DNA of 64,000 bases. It comes from Desulfobacteraceae bacterium UBA2156. Lineage in GTDB: Bacteria > Desulfobacterota > Desulfobacteria > Desulfobacterales > UBA2156. The stretch lies in contig DCWS01000012.1 of assembly GCA_002328165.1 (NCBI GenBank), positions 8,225 through 72,224 on the forward strand. The letters run 5' to 3'. The notes under the pieces were generated by a model, which saw only the letters and a program-made list of their open reading frames with translations, had not been told where the DNA came from and did no database searches. The position numbers and the translations under genes are program-made. Below are positions 29,606-38,361 of this stretch, piece by piece (the first letter of the stretch is position 1; the number at the start of each line of letters is the position of its first letter).

Positions 29606-30226
29606 TTATTGTTGTGCGGTTTTCTTTTTTTGCGCCTCATTTTTCTTTTTCAGACGTTCGATTAATTGATCGGGGGATACTTTTCGGAGGATTTTTTTGA
29701 ACTGGGTCCGGTAGTTTTTTACCAGTCCCACTCCCTCGATGATAACATCGTAGATCTTCCATTTTTTCCCGTGCAGACGCAGGTGGTAGTTCATCGGGAT
29801 TTTACCGTTTTCCCGGACGATTTCGGTTTTTACAATCGCCTTTTTATCTTTGATAATTGCCTCACCCAGATAGACCACCCTTTCATCATGGTACTCTCCC
29901 TGTACCTTGTTCAGATAAATGTTTCCGAGGAGTGTGGAAAAAACATCAGTAAACCGATCCCGTTGGCCGGAATTAAAGCGCTTCCAGTTGCGGGCCAGAG
30001 ATCGCTTGGACATCTCCCGAAAATCAAAGATCCCCCGTATGATCTTCCACAGTTCTTCCCGCTGGACCTCTTTTTTGTCTTTTTCACGGTATTGGGGGTC
30101 TTTTAGGATGCTGACGATTTCATTCATCGGTTTCTGCAGCGTTTCCATCGGCGGTGTGCCATGGACCAATGTCGTCATCCCGACAAGCATCAGAACCAGT
30201 GATAGCCCAAGCCATTTCGTGATCAT
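29606..30226 (-). CDS. mlaC: MlaC/Ttg2D periplasmic phospholipid-binding protein
   Basis: Signal peptide, then 'FDFREMSKRSLARNWKRF', 'YLNKVQGEY' and 'WKIYDVIIEGVGLVKNYRTQF'. Confidence 0.8.
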   Translation of the reverse strand: MITKWLGLSLVLMLVGMTTLVHGTPPMETLQKPMNEIVSILKDPQYREKDKKEVQREELWKIIRGIFDFREMSKRSLARNWKRFNSGQRDRFTDVFSTLLGNIYLNKVQGEYHDERVVYLGEAIIKDKKAIVKTEIVRENGKIPMNYHLRLHGKKWKIYDVIIEGVGLVKNYRTQFKKILRKVSPDQLIERLKKKNEAQKKKTAQQ

Positions 30227-30264
30227 TGAACCTCCTGTTGCTGTGTTACGGGTGGTTCGAGTTA

Positions 30265-30711
30265 TTAAACCCCGCCAAACACATATTTGCTGACCATCTC
30301 TTCCAAGTCAAGGGCGGACTCGGTTTCAGTTATCAGGTCTCCGGGTTTAAGAATCTCATCGGACCCACCCGACGAAAGTTTGATATACTTGTCTCCGATT
30401 AATCCGGCCGTTTTGACCGAGGCGATCACATCGTCGGTTAAAACCACTTCATTTTGTATTTTCATCTCAACAACGGCAATCTGCTTTTCGAGATCCAGTG
30501 AGATATCGGCAATATGGCCAATCTGAACCCCTGCCATTTCTATTTGGCCGCCTTTTCTGAGGCCGGTAATGGAATCGAAGTTGGCGAAGATAGAATAGTG
30601 ATTTTGGCCGATCCAATCCATTTGCCCCAGCTTGACGGTCAGGTATCCGACACATGCGATGCCGATCAAAACGAAAATACCGACACATGTATCAATGGTC
30701 GTTTTTTTCAT
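30265..30711 (-). CDS. mlaD: MlaD (MCE domain) protein
   Basis: From ORF 30265..30723. Start set at MKKTTIDTCVGIF with GGGAGG upstream. There is one TM segment and the MCE core 'GLRKGGQIEMAGVQIGHI'. Confidence 0.8.
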   Translation of the reverse strand: MKKTTIDTCVGIFVLIGIACVGYLTVKLGQMDWIGQNHYSIFANFDSITGLRKGGQIEMAGVQIGHIADISLDLEKQIAVVEMKIQNEVVLTDDVIASVKTAGLIGDKYIKLSSGGSDEILKPGDLITETESALDLEEMVSKYVFGGV

Positions 30712-30725
30712 AACGCCTCCCAAGC

Positions 30726-31940
30726 CTAACTAACAATGAACTCATAAAATGAATTCGTTATCGACTCTGCGCTGGCAAGCACATCGCCGATGGTTTTTTC
30801 TTTTTTTATCTCCTCATAGCCCGCGGTGACCGTAAAGCAGAATCCAGGATAGGGCTGAACCTCCAAAATTTCATTCCCCTTCAACTGGTCAGCCAATTTA
30901 GCGCAGAACATCCGGGCCTGTTTCAAGTTCGTGTTGGGGAGAATAACCATAATTTTATCCCGGCCTGCCCGGGAACAGGCGTCGGAAATACGGATGCGAT
31001 TCTTAACCTGTGTGGCAAAATTTATCAGTACGGTTTGAGCAGCGAGATGCCCCATTTCCCGAGAAATTTCATTTAGATTTTCCAATTTAAAAAGAACCAG
31101 GGAAAAGAAGGTGTTATGCCGGAGCATCCGAGCCACTTCTTCCCTGAACTTTTTTTCCATCTGGAGCTGGGTGGGCATTCCGGTCAGCCCGTCCTTTGGG
31201 GTGTCCAAACCCCGGATAAAATTCCGCACAACCGGATCCGAAGTATTACCGATTTCTTCCGGAGTTCCTTCAAAGACGATCCGGCCCTCATTCAACATGG
31301 CGATCCGTTGTGAAATGTAGAAAATATCCGGTATCTCATGGCTGACCATCACGCCGGTAAATCCAAACTTTTTCTGATAATCGGAAATCATGTGGTGCAC
31401 GGTTGTTTTGCGGATCGGGTCGAGGCCGGTGGTCGGTTCGTCAAAAAGGATAATCTCCGGATCCGTGACCAGCGCCCTTGCCAGGGCGATCCTTTTTTTC
31501 ATCCCCCCTGAGACCTCGGAAGGAAATTTGTGGTCAATCCTACCCAGGTCGAGCTGTTTCATTCTTTTCTTTACTCGCTGGTGAACCGCCTGTTCGGAAA
31601 ATGCTCCCCTCTCCCTCAAGGGGAGTGCGATATTATCAAAAATATCCAGCGAATCGAAAAGAGCCGTACTCTGGAACAGGTAACTGAATTTATGTTTCAG
31701 CTTCCTTTTCGCACGGTTATTCATCTCGGAAAGCGTCTTTCCACGAAAAAGGATTTTGCCTGAATCCGGCTCGATGAGACCGATGATGTGTTTGAGCAGG
31801 ACGCTCTTCCCCACCCCGCTTTTCCCGATGATGGTGGAAATCTCCCCCTGAAAAATACTGAGATCGGTTCCTTGCAAAACAGGCTGGCCACCAAATTTCT
31901 TAAAGACATTTTGAAATTGAATCAGTGGTTGTTTCATCAT
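30726..31940 (-). CDS. mlaF: MlaF-type ABC ATPase fused to a C-terminal degenerate GGDEF domain
   Basis: Residues 1-245 carry Walker A 'GKSGVGKS', signature 'VSGGMKKR', Walker B 'ILFDEPTTGLD' and H-loop 'VSHE'. Residues ~250-404 are colinear with the GGDEF fold (see the domain feature). Confidence 0.8.
   Translation of the reverse strand: MMKQPLIQFQNVFKKFGGQPVLQGTDLSIFQGEISTIIGKSGVGKSVLLKHIIGLIEPDSGKILFRGKTLSEMNNRAKRKLKHKFSYLFQSTALFDSLDIFDNIALPLRERGAFSEQAVHQRVKKRMKQLDLGRIDHKFPSEVSGGMKKRIALARALVTDPEIILFDEPTTGLDPIRKTTVHHMISDYQKKFGFTGVMVSHEIPDIFYISQRIAMLNEGRIVFEGTPEEIGNTSDPVVRNFIRGLDTPKDGLTGMPTQLQMEKKFREEVARMLRHNTFFSLVLFKLENLNEISREMGHLAAQTVLINFATQVKNRIRISDACSRAGRDKIMVILPNTNLKQARMFCAKLADQLKGNEILEVQPYPGFCFTVTAGYEEIKKEKTIGDVLASAESITNSFYEFIVS
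30729..31193 (-). other. Degenerate GGDEF-like domain of MlaF (A-site lost, RxxD I-site retained)
   Basis: 'DGLTGMPT', 'FSLVLFKLENLNEISREMGHLAAQTVL' and 'RISDACSRAGRDKIMVILPNT' align with the canonical 'DxLTGLxNR', 'DxDxFKxxNDxxGHxxGDxxL' and 'RxxDxxxRxGG(D/E)EFxxxLP'. RISD is at 30981-30992 and GRDKI at 30951-30965. Confidence 0.65.
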
Positions 31941-31943
31941 CTC

Positions 31944-32741
31944 TTACAGAAAAAAGGATGTCAATATATAATCGACTATAAGGATTAGGACACAGGAAGT
32001 CACCACGGCGGCGGTTGTCGCACTGCTAACCCCCTCAGCGCCGAATTTCGCCCGGGTGTGGGTAAAAAACCCCTGAAAACAGCATACCGTGACAACCACG
32101 GCGCCAAAAACAATCGATTTGATGAAACCGCTGGCAATGTCCTCCATTAAAACAGCGGATTCAACCCTGAAAAAATAAGTGCCGGGATTGATGCCGAGCA
32201 AAACCGAACCGCTGACATACCCGCCGAAAATGCCCACCACGTTAAAAAGGGCGGTCAATAAGGGAAAACTGATCACCGCAGCAGCGAACCTGGGGCTGAC
32301 CAGATACCGTATCGGGTTGATGTCCATGGTTTCGAGGGCATCGATCTGTTCGGAGATTCTCATGATTCCAATTTCCGCGGCTATGGACGACCCGGCTCTT
32401 GCAATCACCATAATTGCAGTCATCACCGGCCCCATTTCGCGGATCAGCGAAAGGGCCACGGCCGCACCGAGCAACCCCTCAGAGCCAAATTGCACCAGGG
32501 TGTAATATCCCTGGAATCCAAGTACCATTCCCGTGAATGTACCGGTCAAAATGATGACGAAAATCGATTTCGTCCCAATAAAATAAATCTGTTGAACGGT
32601 CTTTACAATCTGCAAGGGAAAAGAAAAAATATAGAAAAAGCCCTGAAAAAAAAAGACAGCAACACTTCCAAGCTCTCGAATTTTTAAGACGGTCAGTCTA
32701 CCCAGAGTGGACAAGGAATTTTTCAATATTACAAAGTTCAT
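31944..32741 (-). CDS. mlaE: MlaE ABC permease
   Basis: 265-aa polytopic protein with 'REMGPVMTAIMVIARAGSSIAAEIGIMRISEQIDALETM', diagnostic of the MlaE/Ttg2B family. Confidence 0.85.
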   Translation of the reverse strand: MNFVILKNSLSTLGRLTVLKIRELGSVAVFFFQGFFYIFSFPLQIVKTVQQIYFIGTKSIFVIILTGTFTGMVLGFQGYYTLVQFGSEGLLGAAVALSLIREMGPVMTAIMVIARAGSSIAAEIGIMRISEQIDALETMDINPIRYLVSPRFAAAVISFPLLTALFNVVGIFGGYVSGSVLLGINPGTYFFRVESAVLMEDIASGFIKSIVFGAVVVTVCCFQGFFTHTRAKFGAEGVSSATTAAVVTSCVLILIVDYILTSFFL

Positions 32742-32976
32742 TTCGGATGGCCAATAGACTGCTTACGGATTCAGTTTTTCCGTTATATCTTTTTAATTTT
32801 ATTAAATAAAACATAGAAAAACACACTTTTAGTGTCAAGAATAAAGCTTCACAATGGTTCATTTTTTCCCTTGCCCTCAAACCGCGATGGGTGCTAAAAT
32901 TTTAAAATGATGTTACATCAGTTTGTATAATTGTGCGATCTGTTCGACGAATCATCGACCAGAGGGTAATCGGATC

Positions 32977-33117
32977 ATGTCTTTTTTTCATCATTTTCTT
33001 CAGATTATCCGGGATTATATTTTTAATCGGCTTGAAACATCGCGTGAATCTTATCGACATAGAATCTACAATGATCTGAACAAGTTGTATGAGTACATCT
33101 GGAAAGGAAATTGTTAA
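32977..33117 (+). CDS. Possible 46-aa leader ORF abutting mttB-1
   Basis: GAGGG lies 9 nt upstream of ATG 32977, and the stop TAA (33115-33117) directly abuts the ATG of the MttB gene. TATAAT at 32926-32931 could serve as a -10 element. No family recognised. Confidence 0.2.
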   Translation: MSFFHHFLQIIRDYIFNRLETSRESYRHRIYNDLNKLYEYIWKGNC

Positions 33118-34581
33118 ATGAGAACAAACTATCGAATCAATTCAGGGATACGATTCAACGTGTTGTCAAAAGATCAATTGCAGGCCTTATTTGATGGCGT
33201 GCTTCACCTTCTGGAGTACACCGGTCTTGACGTACATCACGAAGAGGCGCGTGACATTCTCCAGAAATCCGGCGCAACAATAGAAGGTCTCAGAGTACGC
33301 ATACCTGCCTATCTGGTGAAACGCGCTTTGCAGATGGCACCCCGGAGCTTCACCATCTTTGCACGCGATGGAAATCCCGATCACGATATTCACATCGGCC
33401 CAGGCCGGGCATACTTTGGTCCGGGCCCGACCCCCCCTAATTTCATTGATGTAGAGACCCTGGAGCGACGACCCTTCCTAAAATCCGATGCACGCATTGT
33501 AGCAAAAGTGGTGGATGCCCTTCCAAACATCGATTTTTGTGAGTCGCTGGGTACGATCAGTGACGTTCAATTTGAACTGGCAGCCAGCTATGAATTTGCA
33601 GAAATGTTTCCCAATACTAGTAAACCGATCGTGGCCTGGTCCTACGGGTGGGACGATTCGGAGGACATCCATAAAATCGCCGTTGCCGAGGCAGGGGGGC
33701 AGGAGGCATTTGAAAAACGTCCCAACTATATCCATTACTGTGAACCGCTGTCACCGCTGGTGAGTACATTCGAGGCGGTTGACAAACTCATTTTTGCGGT
33801 CAGACATCGGGTACCTCTGATATTTACCCCGTGTCCCTTGGCCGGAGGGACTGCACCGGTGACAGCGGCCGGCATCATCATCCAGTCAACGGCCGAATCA
33901 TGGATGGGGCTGGTTCTTTCCCAGACCATCCAACCCGGCATCCCTTTTTTCATGGGAGGGGTTCTATCGGTAATGGATATGAGTGACATGATACTTTCCT
34001 ATGGTGCACCCGAACTGTCCCTGATGATGGCCGGCAGTACCGAATTGGCCCATTACGCCGGTATCCCTCTTTGGCAAACAGGGGGCTGCACTGATTCTAA
34101 AGTGCTCGACGAACAGGCTGCGCTCGAAGGCTCACTTTCTTGCTTTTTTTCTGCACTGACAGGCGGCGATCTGTGCCACGACGTTGGATACACCGAGAGC
34201 GGAATGACTGGCTCTATTTTACAAACAGCAATGATGGACGAAGCAATCGGCTATTCGCGCCGTATAACACGGGGTATCGATGTTAACGACGAAACATTAG
34301 CCACCAACGTCATCCATAAGGTCGGTCCCAATGGGCACTATTTGTATGAAAAACACACGCGCCGACATTTCAAGAGTGAGTACTGGTACCCCAATCTATG
34401 TGATCGGCACAGTTTTGAGGAGTGGGAAAAGAAGGGACGTACAACCATGCGCGATAGGGTCATTACGCGGGTTCAAGACATCCTGGGCACTCATCAAACC
34501 TCTCCCATTAAACCGGACACAGAGGCGGCGATCAGGGAGGTTCTGGAAGCAGCTGAAGACCGGGTTAAGAAATCCGCCTAG
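33118..34581 (+). CDS. MttB-superfamily methyltransferase, non-pyrrolysine type (quaternary-amine:corrinoid methyltransferase candidate), paralogue 1
   Basis: 487 aa. The N-terminal 'LSKDQLQALFDGVLHLLEYTGLDVHHEEARDILQKSGA' and the overall length are typical of the MttB family. The ORF is uninterrupted with no in-frame TAG. Confidence 0.8.
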   Translation: MRTNYRINSGIRFNVLSKDQLQALFDGVLHLLEYTGLDVHHEEARDILQKSGATIEGLRVRIPAYLVKRALQMAPRSFTIFARDGNPDHDIHIGPGRAYFGPGPTPPNFIDVETLERRPFLKSDARIVAKVVDALPNIDFCESLGTISDVQFELAASYEFAEMFPNTSKPIVAWSYGWDDSEDIHKIAVAEAGGQEAFEKRPNYIHYCEPLSPLVSTFEAVDKLIFAVRHRVPLIFTPCPLAGGTAPVTAAGIIIQSTAESWMGLVLSQTIQPGIPFFMGGVLSVMDMSDMILSYGAPELSLMMAGSTELAHYAGIPLWQTGGCTDSKVLDEQAALEGSLSCFFSALTGGDLCHDVGYTESGMTGSILQTAMMDEAIGYSRRITRGIDVNDETLATNVIHKVGPNGHYLYEKHTRRHFKSEYWYPNLCDRHSFEEWEKKGRTTMRDRVITRVQDILGTHQTSPIKPDTEAAIREVLEAAEDRVKKSA

Positions 34582-34618
34582 GGGCCTGTATCGGACTCGA
34601 ATCAAAAGGAGAATTACA

Positions 34619-35260
34619 ATGAGTACAATTTATCAGCAATTGTCAACGTCCATCATTGATGGAGATGAAGAGAAGACTCCCGAGTTAGTCCGGAAAGCAT
34701 TGGATCAGGGATTGGCACCCGTAGAAATCCTGGACAATGGGCTTCTTCTTGGAATGAACAAAGTGAGCCGCCGATTCGAACAAGAGGAAATGTTTGTACC
34801 CGAAGTGCTGTTGGCGGCCAAAGCTATGCATGACGGTCTAGAAGTGTTACGACCCCATCTGATTGCTACCGGAACCAAGCCGATCGGTAGGATTGTTCTG
34901 GGCACCGTAAAAGGCGACATCCACGATATCGGTAAAAACTTGGTCGGCATGATGTGCGAAGGTGCTGGCTTTGAAGTGATTAATCTGGGCTTTGATGTAG
35001 ACCCCGAGAAATTTATAGAGGCTGTCAAGGAAAATCAGCCGGATATCATTGGCATGTCAGCGATGCTGACCACAACGATGATCACCATGGGTTATACCAT
35101 TAAAGCCTTAAAAGAAGCGAATCTGCGCGATTCGGTAAAAGTGATCGTTGGTGGTGCTCCCGTCGATTCCGAAACTGTCGAGCGGATCGGCGCTGATGGG
35201 TATGCCTACAATGGACCCACTGCGGTTAAATTGGTAAAGCGTCTATTAGACGTGGCCTAG
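34619..35260 (+). CDS. Cobalamin-binding corrinoid protein (MtgC/MttC-like)
   Basis: Start set at MSTIYQQ (AAAGGAGAA upstream). The ORF-track start 34331 is an in-frame extension. It has a B12-binding-2 cap helix region, 'GDIHDIGKN' (DxHxxG), 'MSAMLTTTM' and 'VGGAPV'. Confidence 0.85.
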   Translation: MSTIYQQLSTSIIDGDEEKTPELVRKALDQGLAPVEILDNGLLLGMNKVSRRFEQEEMFVPEVLLAAKAMHDGLEVLRPHLIATGTKPIGRIVLGTVKGDIHDIGKNLVGMMCEGAGFEVINLGFDVDPEKFIEAVKENQPDIIGMSAMLTTTMITMGYTIKALKEANLRDSVKVIVGGAPVDSETVERIGADGYAYNGPTAVKLVKRLLDVA

Positions 35261-35522
35261 CCTATGGGAGCTGACGACAACAGCCAGAACGAACTAGAAG
35301 CATATCGGCCTCAAGCACACAAAGTTGCCCACTATTATGAGCAGTAGGGTCTGCACTACGAAGAGATCCTCGGCGCCGATGAATATGTGCGCTGTCTGGT
35401 CGATGTGGCTAGCATGACAGACAAAACTGACGACAATTTTGCAATAATTCCGTCTGGTGGAGAGATCCGACAGGAACAATTCATACGTCAATAAGGCGTA
35501 AGCAACATAAGGAGAACCGATT

Positions 35523-37025
35523 ATGCAAGTACACAGGACGAATTATCAGATAAACGAAACGCCAACGCTCCAAGTACTTACCGAAGATCAGATCGAAGCT
35601 ATCTATTATGCTGCTCTACGGGTGTTATATGAAACAGGGGTTCGCGTATATGACAAAGAAGGCGTTGAAGTTGCCTATTCCGGTGGCGCAATTGTGGAGG
35701 ATAAAACCGATGAGAGTCACTTGGTGCAAATTCCGCATTGGCTGGTAGAAAAGGCGCGGGTCACCGTGCCGAGCAAGGTAGTTCTCGCTGGATTCGACCG
35801 AAAGTACCGTATGGAACTTTACAAAAACCAGATCTATTTTGGAGGTGGCTCAGACACACCGTTTACCCTTGATCCTTACACAGGAAAACGGCGACGTACT
35901 ACGTACCGAGATGTGAAAAATATTGCTCGGCTGGCGCAGGCGTTACCCAACTTAAACTTCCACATGTCCTTGGGGATTACCCAGGACACCGCTGTAAGTA
36001 CATACGACCGCTGGCAATATTTGGCCATGGTAGAGGGGACCAGCAAGCCGATCAATGTCACCGCTGTAGACGCCGAAGGCCTGGGTGATATCCTTGAAAT
36101 GGCTCACATCCTGGTGGGCGGTAAGGAAGAGTGGCGGAAAGGCCCGACATTTTCAATTTATATCGAGCCTGTATCGCCGTTGAGCCACACTAAAGAGGTC
36201 GTGCAAAAGCTTCTGTTTGCCACCGACAACGACATTCCCTGTGTCTATACGCCCTGTCCACTTGCCGGTGCGACGGCACCAACCACTTTGGCTGGTTTAC
36301 TGGTACAATCCCTGGCTGAAAGCCTGTTCGGTATTGTGATCAGCCAGATACGAAAACCAGGGGCTCAGATCATCATCGGCGGTTTGATGTCAAACATGGA
36401 TATGAAAACCGCCACCTATACATACGGCTCCCCGGAGATGGCCCTGATGAGCGCTGGTTACACCGATATCACCAAATGGCTGCGAGTGCCGATGTATGAA
36501 ACAGCCGGATGCTCCGATGCCAAGCTTTTCGACGAGCAATCGGTGATGGAGGCGACGATCAACATCTCCACCGCCGCTCTCATCGGTGGCAACATGATTC
36601 ATGATGTGGGTTATCTTGACTCGGGCTTGACCAGCTCAATGGAGCAGATGGTCGCTGCCGACGAAATCATTGATATGGTGAAGCGCATTTTGCGGGGCAT
36701 TCCTGTGAACGACGATACAATGGCCCTGGATGTGATGGGTGCTGTTGGCCCGAGTGGCCATTTTATGGAACACAATCACACCTACAACCACTTTAAGAAC
36801 GAAATTTGGCGGCCAAAGCTGATTGATCGTCAAAATTGGGAGGACTGGACCCACTGCGGAAGCAAACGTTACGGCGAACGGGTCCACGATCGGGTGATCA
36901 AAATACTGGAGACCGAAACAGAGCCCCTCCTGAACGAAGCAACTTACAAGGAGCTGAGCCGCATCTGTGAACTGGCCGATACTCGTCACAAAGACGAAGA
37001 GCTCGATGTAAAGATGTTTGTGTAG
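35523..37025 (+). CDS. MttB-superfamily methyltransferase, non-pyrrolysine type, paralogue 2
   Basis: 500 aa and colinear with paralogue 1 ('LTEDQIEAIYYAALRVLYETGV', 'YTPCPLAGATAP', 'HDVGYLDSG'). No in-frame TAG. Confidence 0.8.
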   Translation: MQVHRTNYQINETPTLQVLTEDQIEAIYYAALRVLYETGVRVYDKEGVEVAYSGGAIVEDKTDESHLVQIPHWLVEKARVTVPSKVVLAGFDRKYRMELYKNQIYFGGGSDTPFTLDPYTGKRRRTTYRDVKNIARLAQALPNLNFHMSLGITQDTAVSTYDRWQYLAMVEGTSKPINVTAVDAEGLGDILEMAHILVGGKEEWRKGPTFSIYIEPVSPLSHTKEVVQKLLFATDNDIPCVYTPCPLAGATAPTTLAGLLVQSLAESLFGIVISQIRKPGAQIIIGGLMSNMDMKTATYTYGSPEMALMSAGYTDITKWLRVPMYETAGCSDAKLFDEQSVMEATINISTAALIGGNMIHDVGYLDSGLTSSMEQMVAADEIIDMVKRILRGIPVNDDTMALDVMGAVGPSGHFMEHNHTYNHFKNEIWRPKLIDRQNWEDWTHCGSKRYGERVHDRVIKILETETEPLLNEATYKELSRICELADTRHKDEELDVKMFV

Positions 37026-37267
37026 ATTCGGCCGATCGCCCCAACCCGTTGCACAGCGCCGGCAAACGGCTCCATGCCGGTGCATTCGATTAGGAGGGCA
37101 GCGATACTGGGGTGTTTTTGGTAAAATTCACCGCAGATGTGGCTCATATCTTTTTCAGCCCTGTCGTAATAACTTTCGGGAACTTCCGGACGTTTTTCGG
37201 GGTTCCAAAGATTGTCAAACTCCGGGCACTCATATTCTTCCTCCGCCCCGGTTTTTTTCGAATCCAA
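36986..37267 (-). pseudogene. Gene fragment, possibly the C-terminal third of an Asp/Glu-racemase-superfamily protein
   Basis: 'HPSIAALLIECTGMEPFAGAVQ' resembles the 'xxLECTNMPPYAxAVQ' motif of that superfamily as I recall it. Only about 80 codons remain, and the tail overlaps the 3' end of mttB-2. Confidence 0.25.
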
Positions 37268-37306
37268 CGCTCCATGTTTTCAGAAGATTTTCAACAAGTG
37301 ACCAAG

Positions 37307-37555
37307 CGTGAAATTGTGCTGGAAGAAAACCTGCCCAGCGCTATAAACCCTCCCAAAGGCTGCCCATTTTGTACCCGCTGCCCGCGGAGAATTGGCGATA
37401 TTTGTGATAACGATCCGCCGCCGGAGCAGGTCGTGGTAGATCGGCACGTCATCAAATGCCATATACCGATCGAAGAGTTAAGCAAGGTGGAGCCCGTAAT
37501 CCATGTGCCGGATGCTTCAGAGCGTCTCCAAAAACCGGTGGCGGTCGGTCAATAA
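37307..37555 (+). pseudogene. Fragment: C-terminal domain of an oligopeptide/dipeptide ABC transporter ATPase (OppD/F-type)
   Basis: 'LPSAINPPKGCPFCTRCPRRIGDICDNDPP...HVIKCH' matches the Opp/Dpp C-terminal Cys motif. The whole NBD is missing upstream. Confidence 0.5.
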
Positions 37556-37603
37556 TAGGTGCTGAAATTGAGAACAGTTTTTCAAAACCAATGTTCAGTC
37601 CAT

Positions 37604-37996
37604 TCATTTGACTGTAACCACCAAGCATGGCGCATTCAGGATGACATACTGAGCAGTGGAACCGAGGATTAATTTGCCGACTTTTGATCTTCTTCTAACT
37701 CCGATAATAATTTCATCAATAGCGTTGTCTTTCGCGAATTGAACCAGATCTTCCCCTGGAGACAGGTAATTAACGGATGCATGTGTTTCACATGAAATAT
37801 CATCTGTGTTGAAGGATGTTCTTAGATATTCCAGCTTGCCTTCCGCTTTATCAATATCTTCTTTTTGCAACGTATGACTTTGTTCCAGTGAGGTTACTAT
37901 AAAAATATCGGCCTTAAAGGCATTCGCATGTTTTTGAGCTATCTTCAGAGCATCTTCGGCTACCTTAGAACCGTCATAACCCACCAGTATTTTCAT
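37604..37996 (-). CDS. Universal stress protein (UspA family)
   Basis: 130 aa with 'MKILVGYDGS' and 'IIIGVRRRSKVGKLILGSTAQYV' (ATP-binding G-x2-G-x9-GS). Confidence 0.8.
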   Translation of the reverse strand: MKILVGYDGSKVAEDALKIAQKHANAFKADIFIVTSLEQSHTLQKEDIDKAEGKLEYLRTSFNTDDISCETHASVNYLSPGEDLVQFAKDNAIDEIIIGVRRRSKVGKLILGSTAQYVILNAPCLVVTVK

Positions 37997-38361
37997 TTTG
38001 TCATCCTTTCTGTATTAAAGTATGGAAACGATACAAAGTTTTTATAGACTAAAATCAGCGTATTAAACTGAAAGATTGTTGTCAAGATATTGTTAACTTG
38101 GGTAGAGGGGTTCGCGTCTTGACACGTCTTGTCATTTGATATTTTCGCCTGACTTTAAAGATCAATATGACCGGAAGGGTCTTTTTTCCACCTCAGATTC
38201 AAAAAGTCCGGCTTTAAAGAGCTCAAGGAAAATAAGATGATGACTTTGCAGCGCTTACCACCGGGCAGTCACCTTTTCACGTGCCGCCACCACTGGCTGT
38301 GAGACAGATTAGGGGCAATAAATTCCAAAGAATGCAAACTATTGTACCATGAGGAGGGGAA

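Noticed and set aside
34331-34618. The long N-terminal extension of the corrinoid protein ORF (track start 34331) overlaps the mttB-1 3' end.
   Set aside because: The extension is the out-of-frame shadow of mttB-1. A strong RBS (AAAGGAGAA) and the family-typical N-terminus 'MSTIYQQL...' begin at 34619.
35294-35491. The 65-aa minus-strand ORF in the 262-nt gap between the corrinoid gene and mttB-2.
   Set aside because: It has no RBS, no recognisable motif, and an orientation opposite to the operon. The gap more likely holds an internal promoter or UTR.
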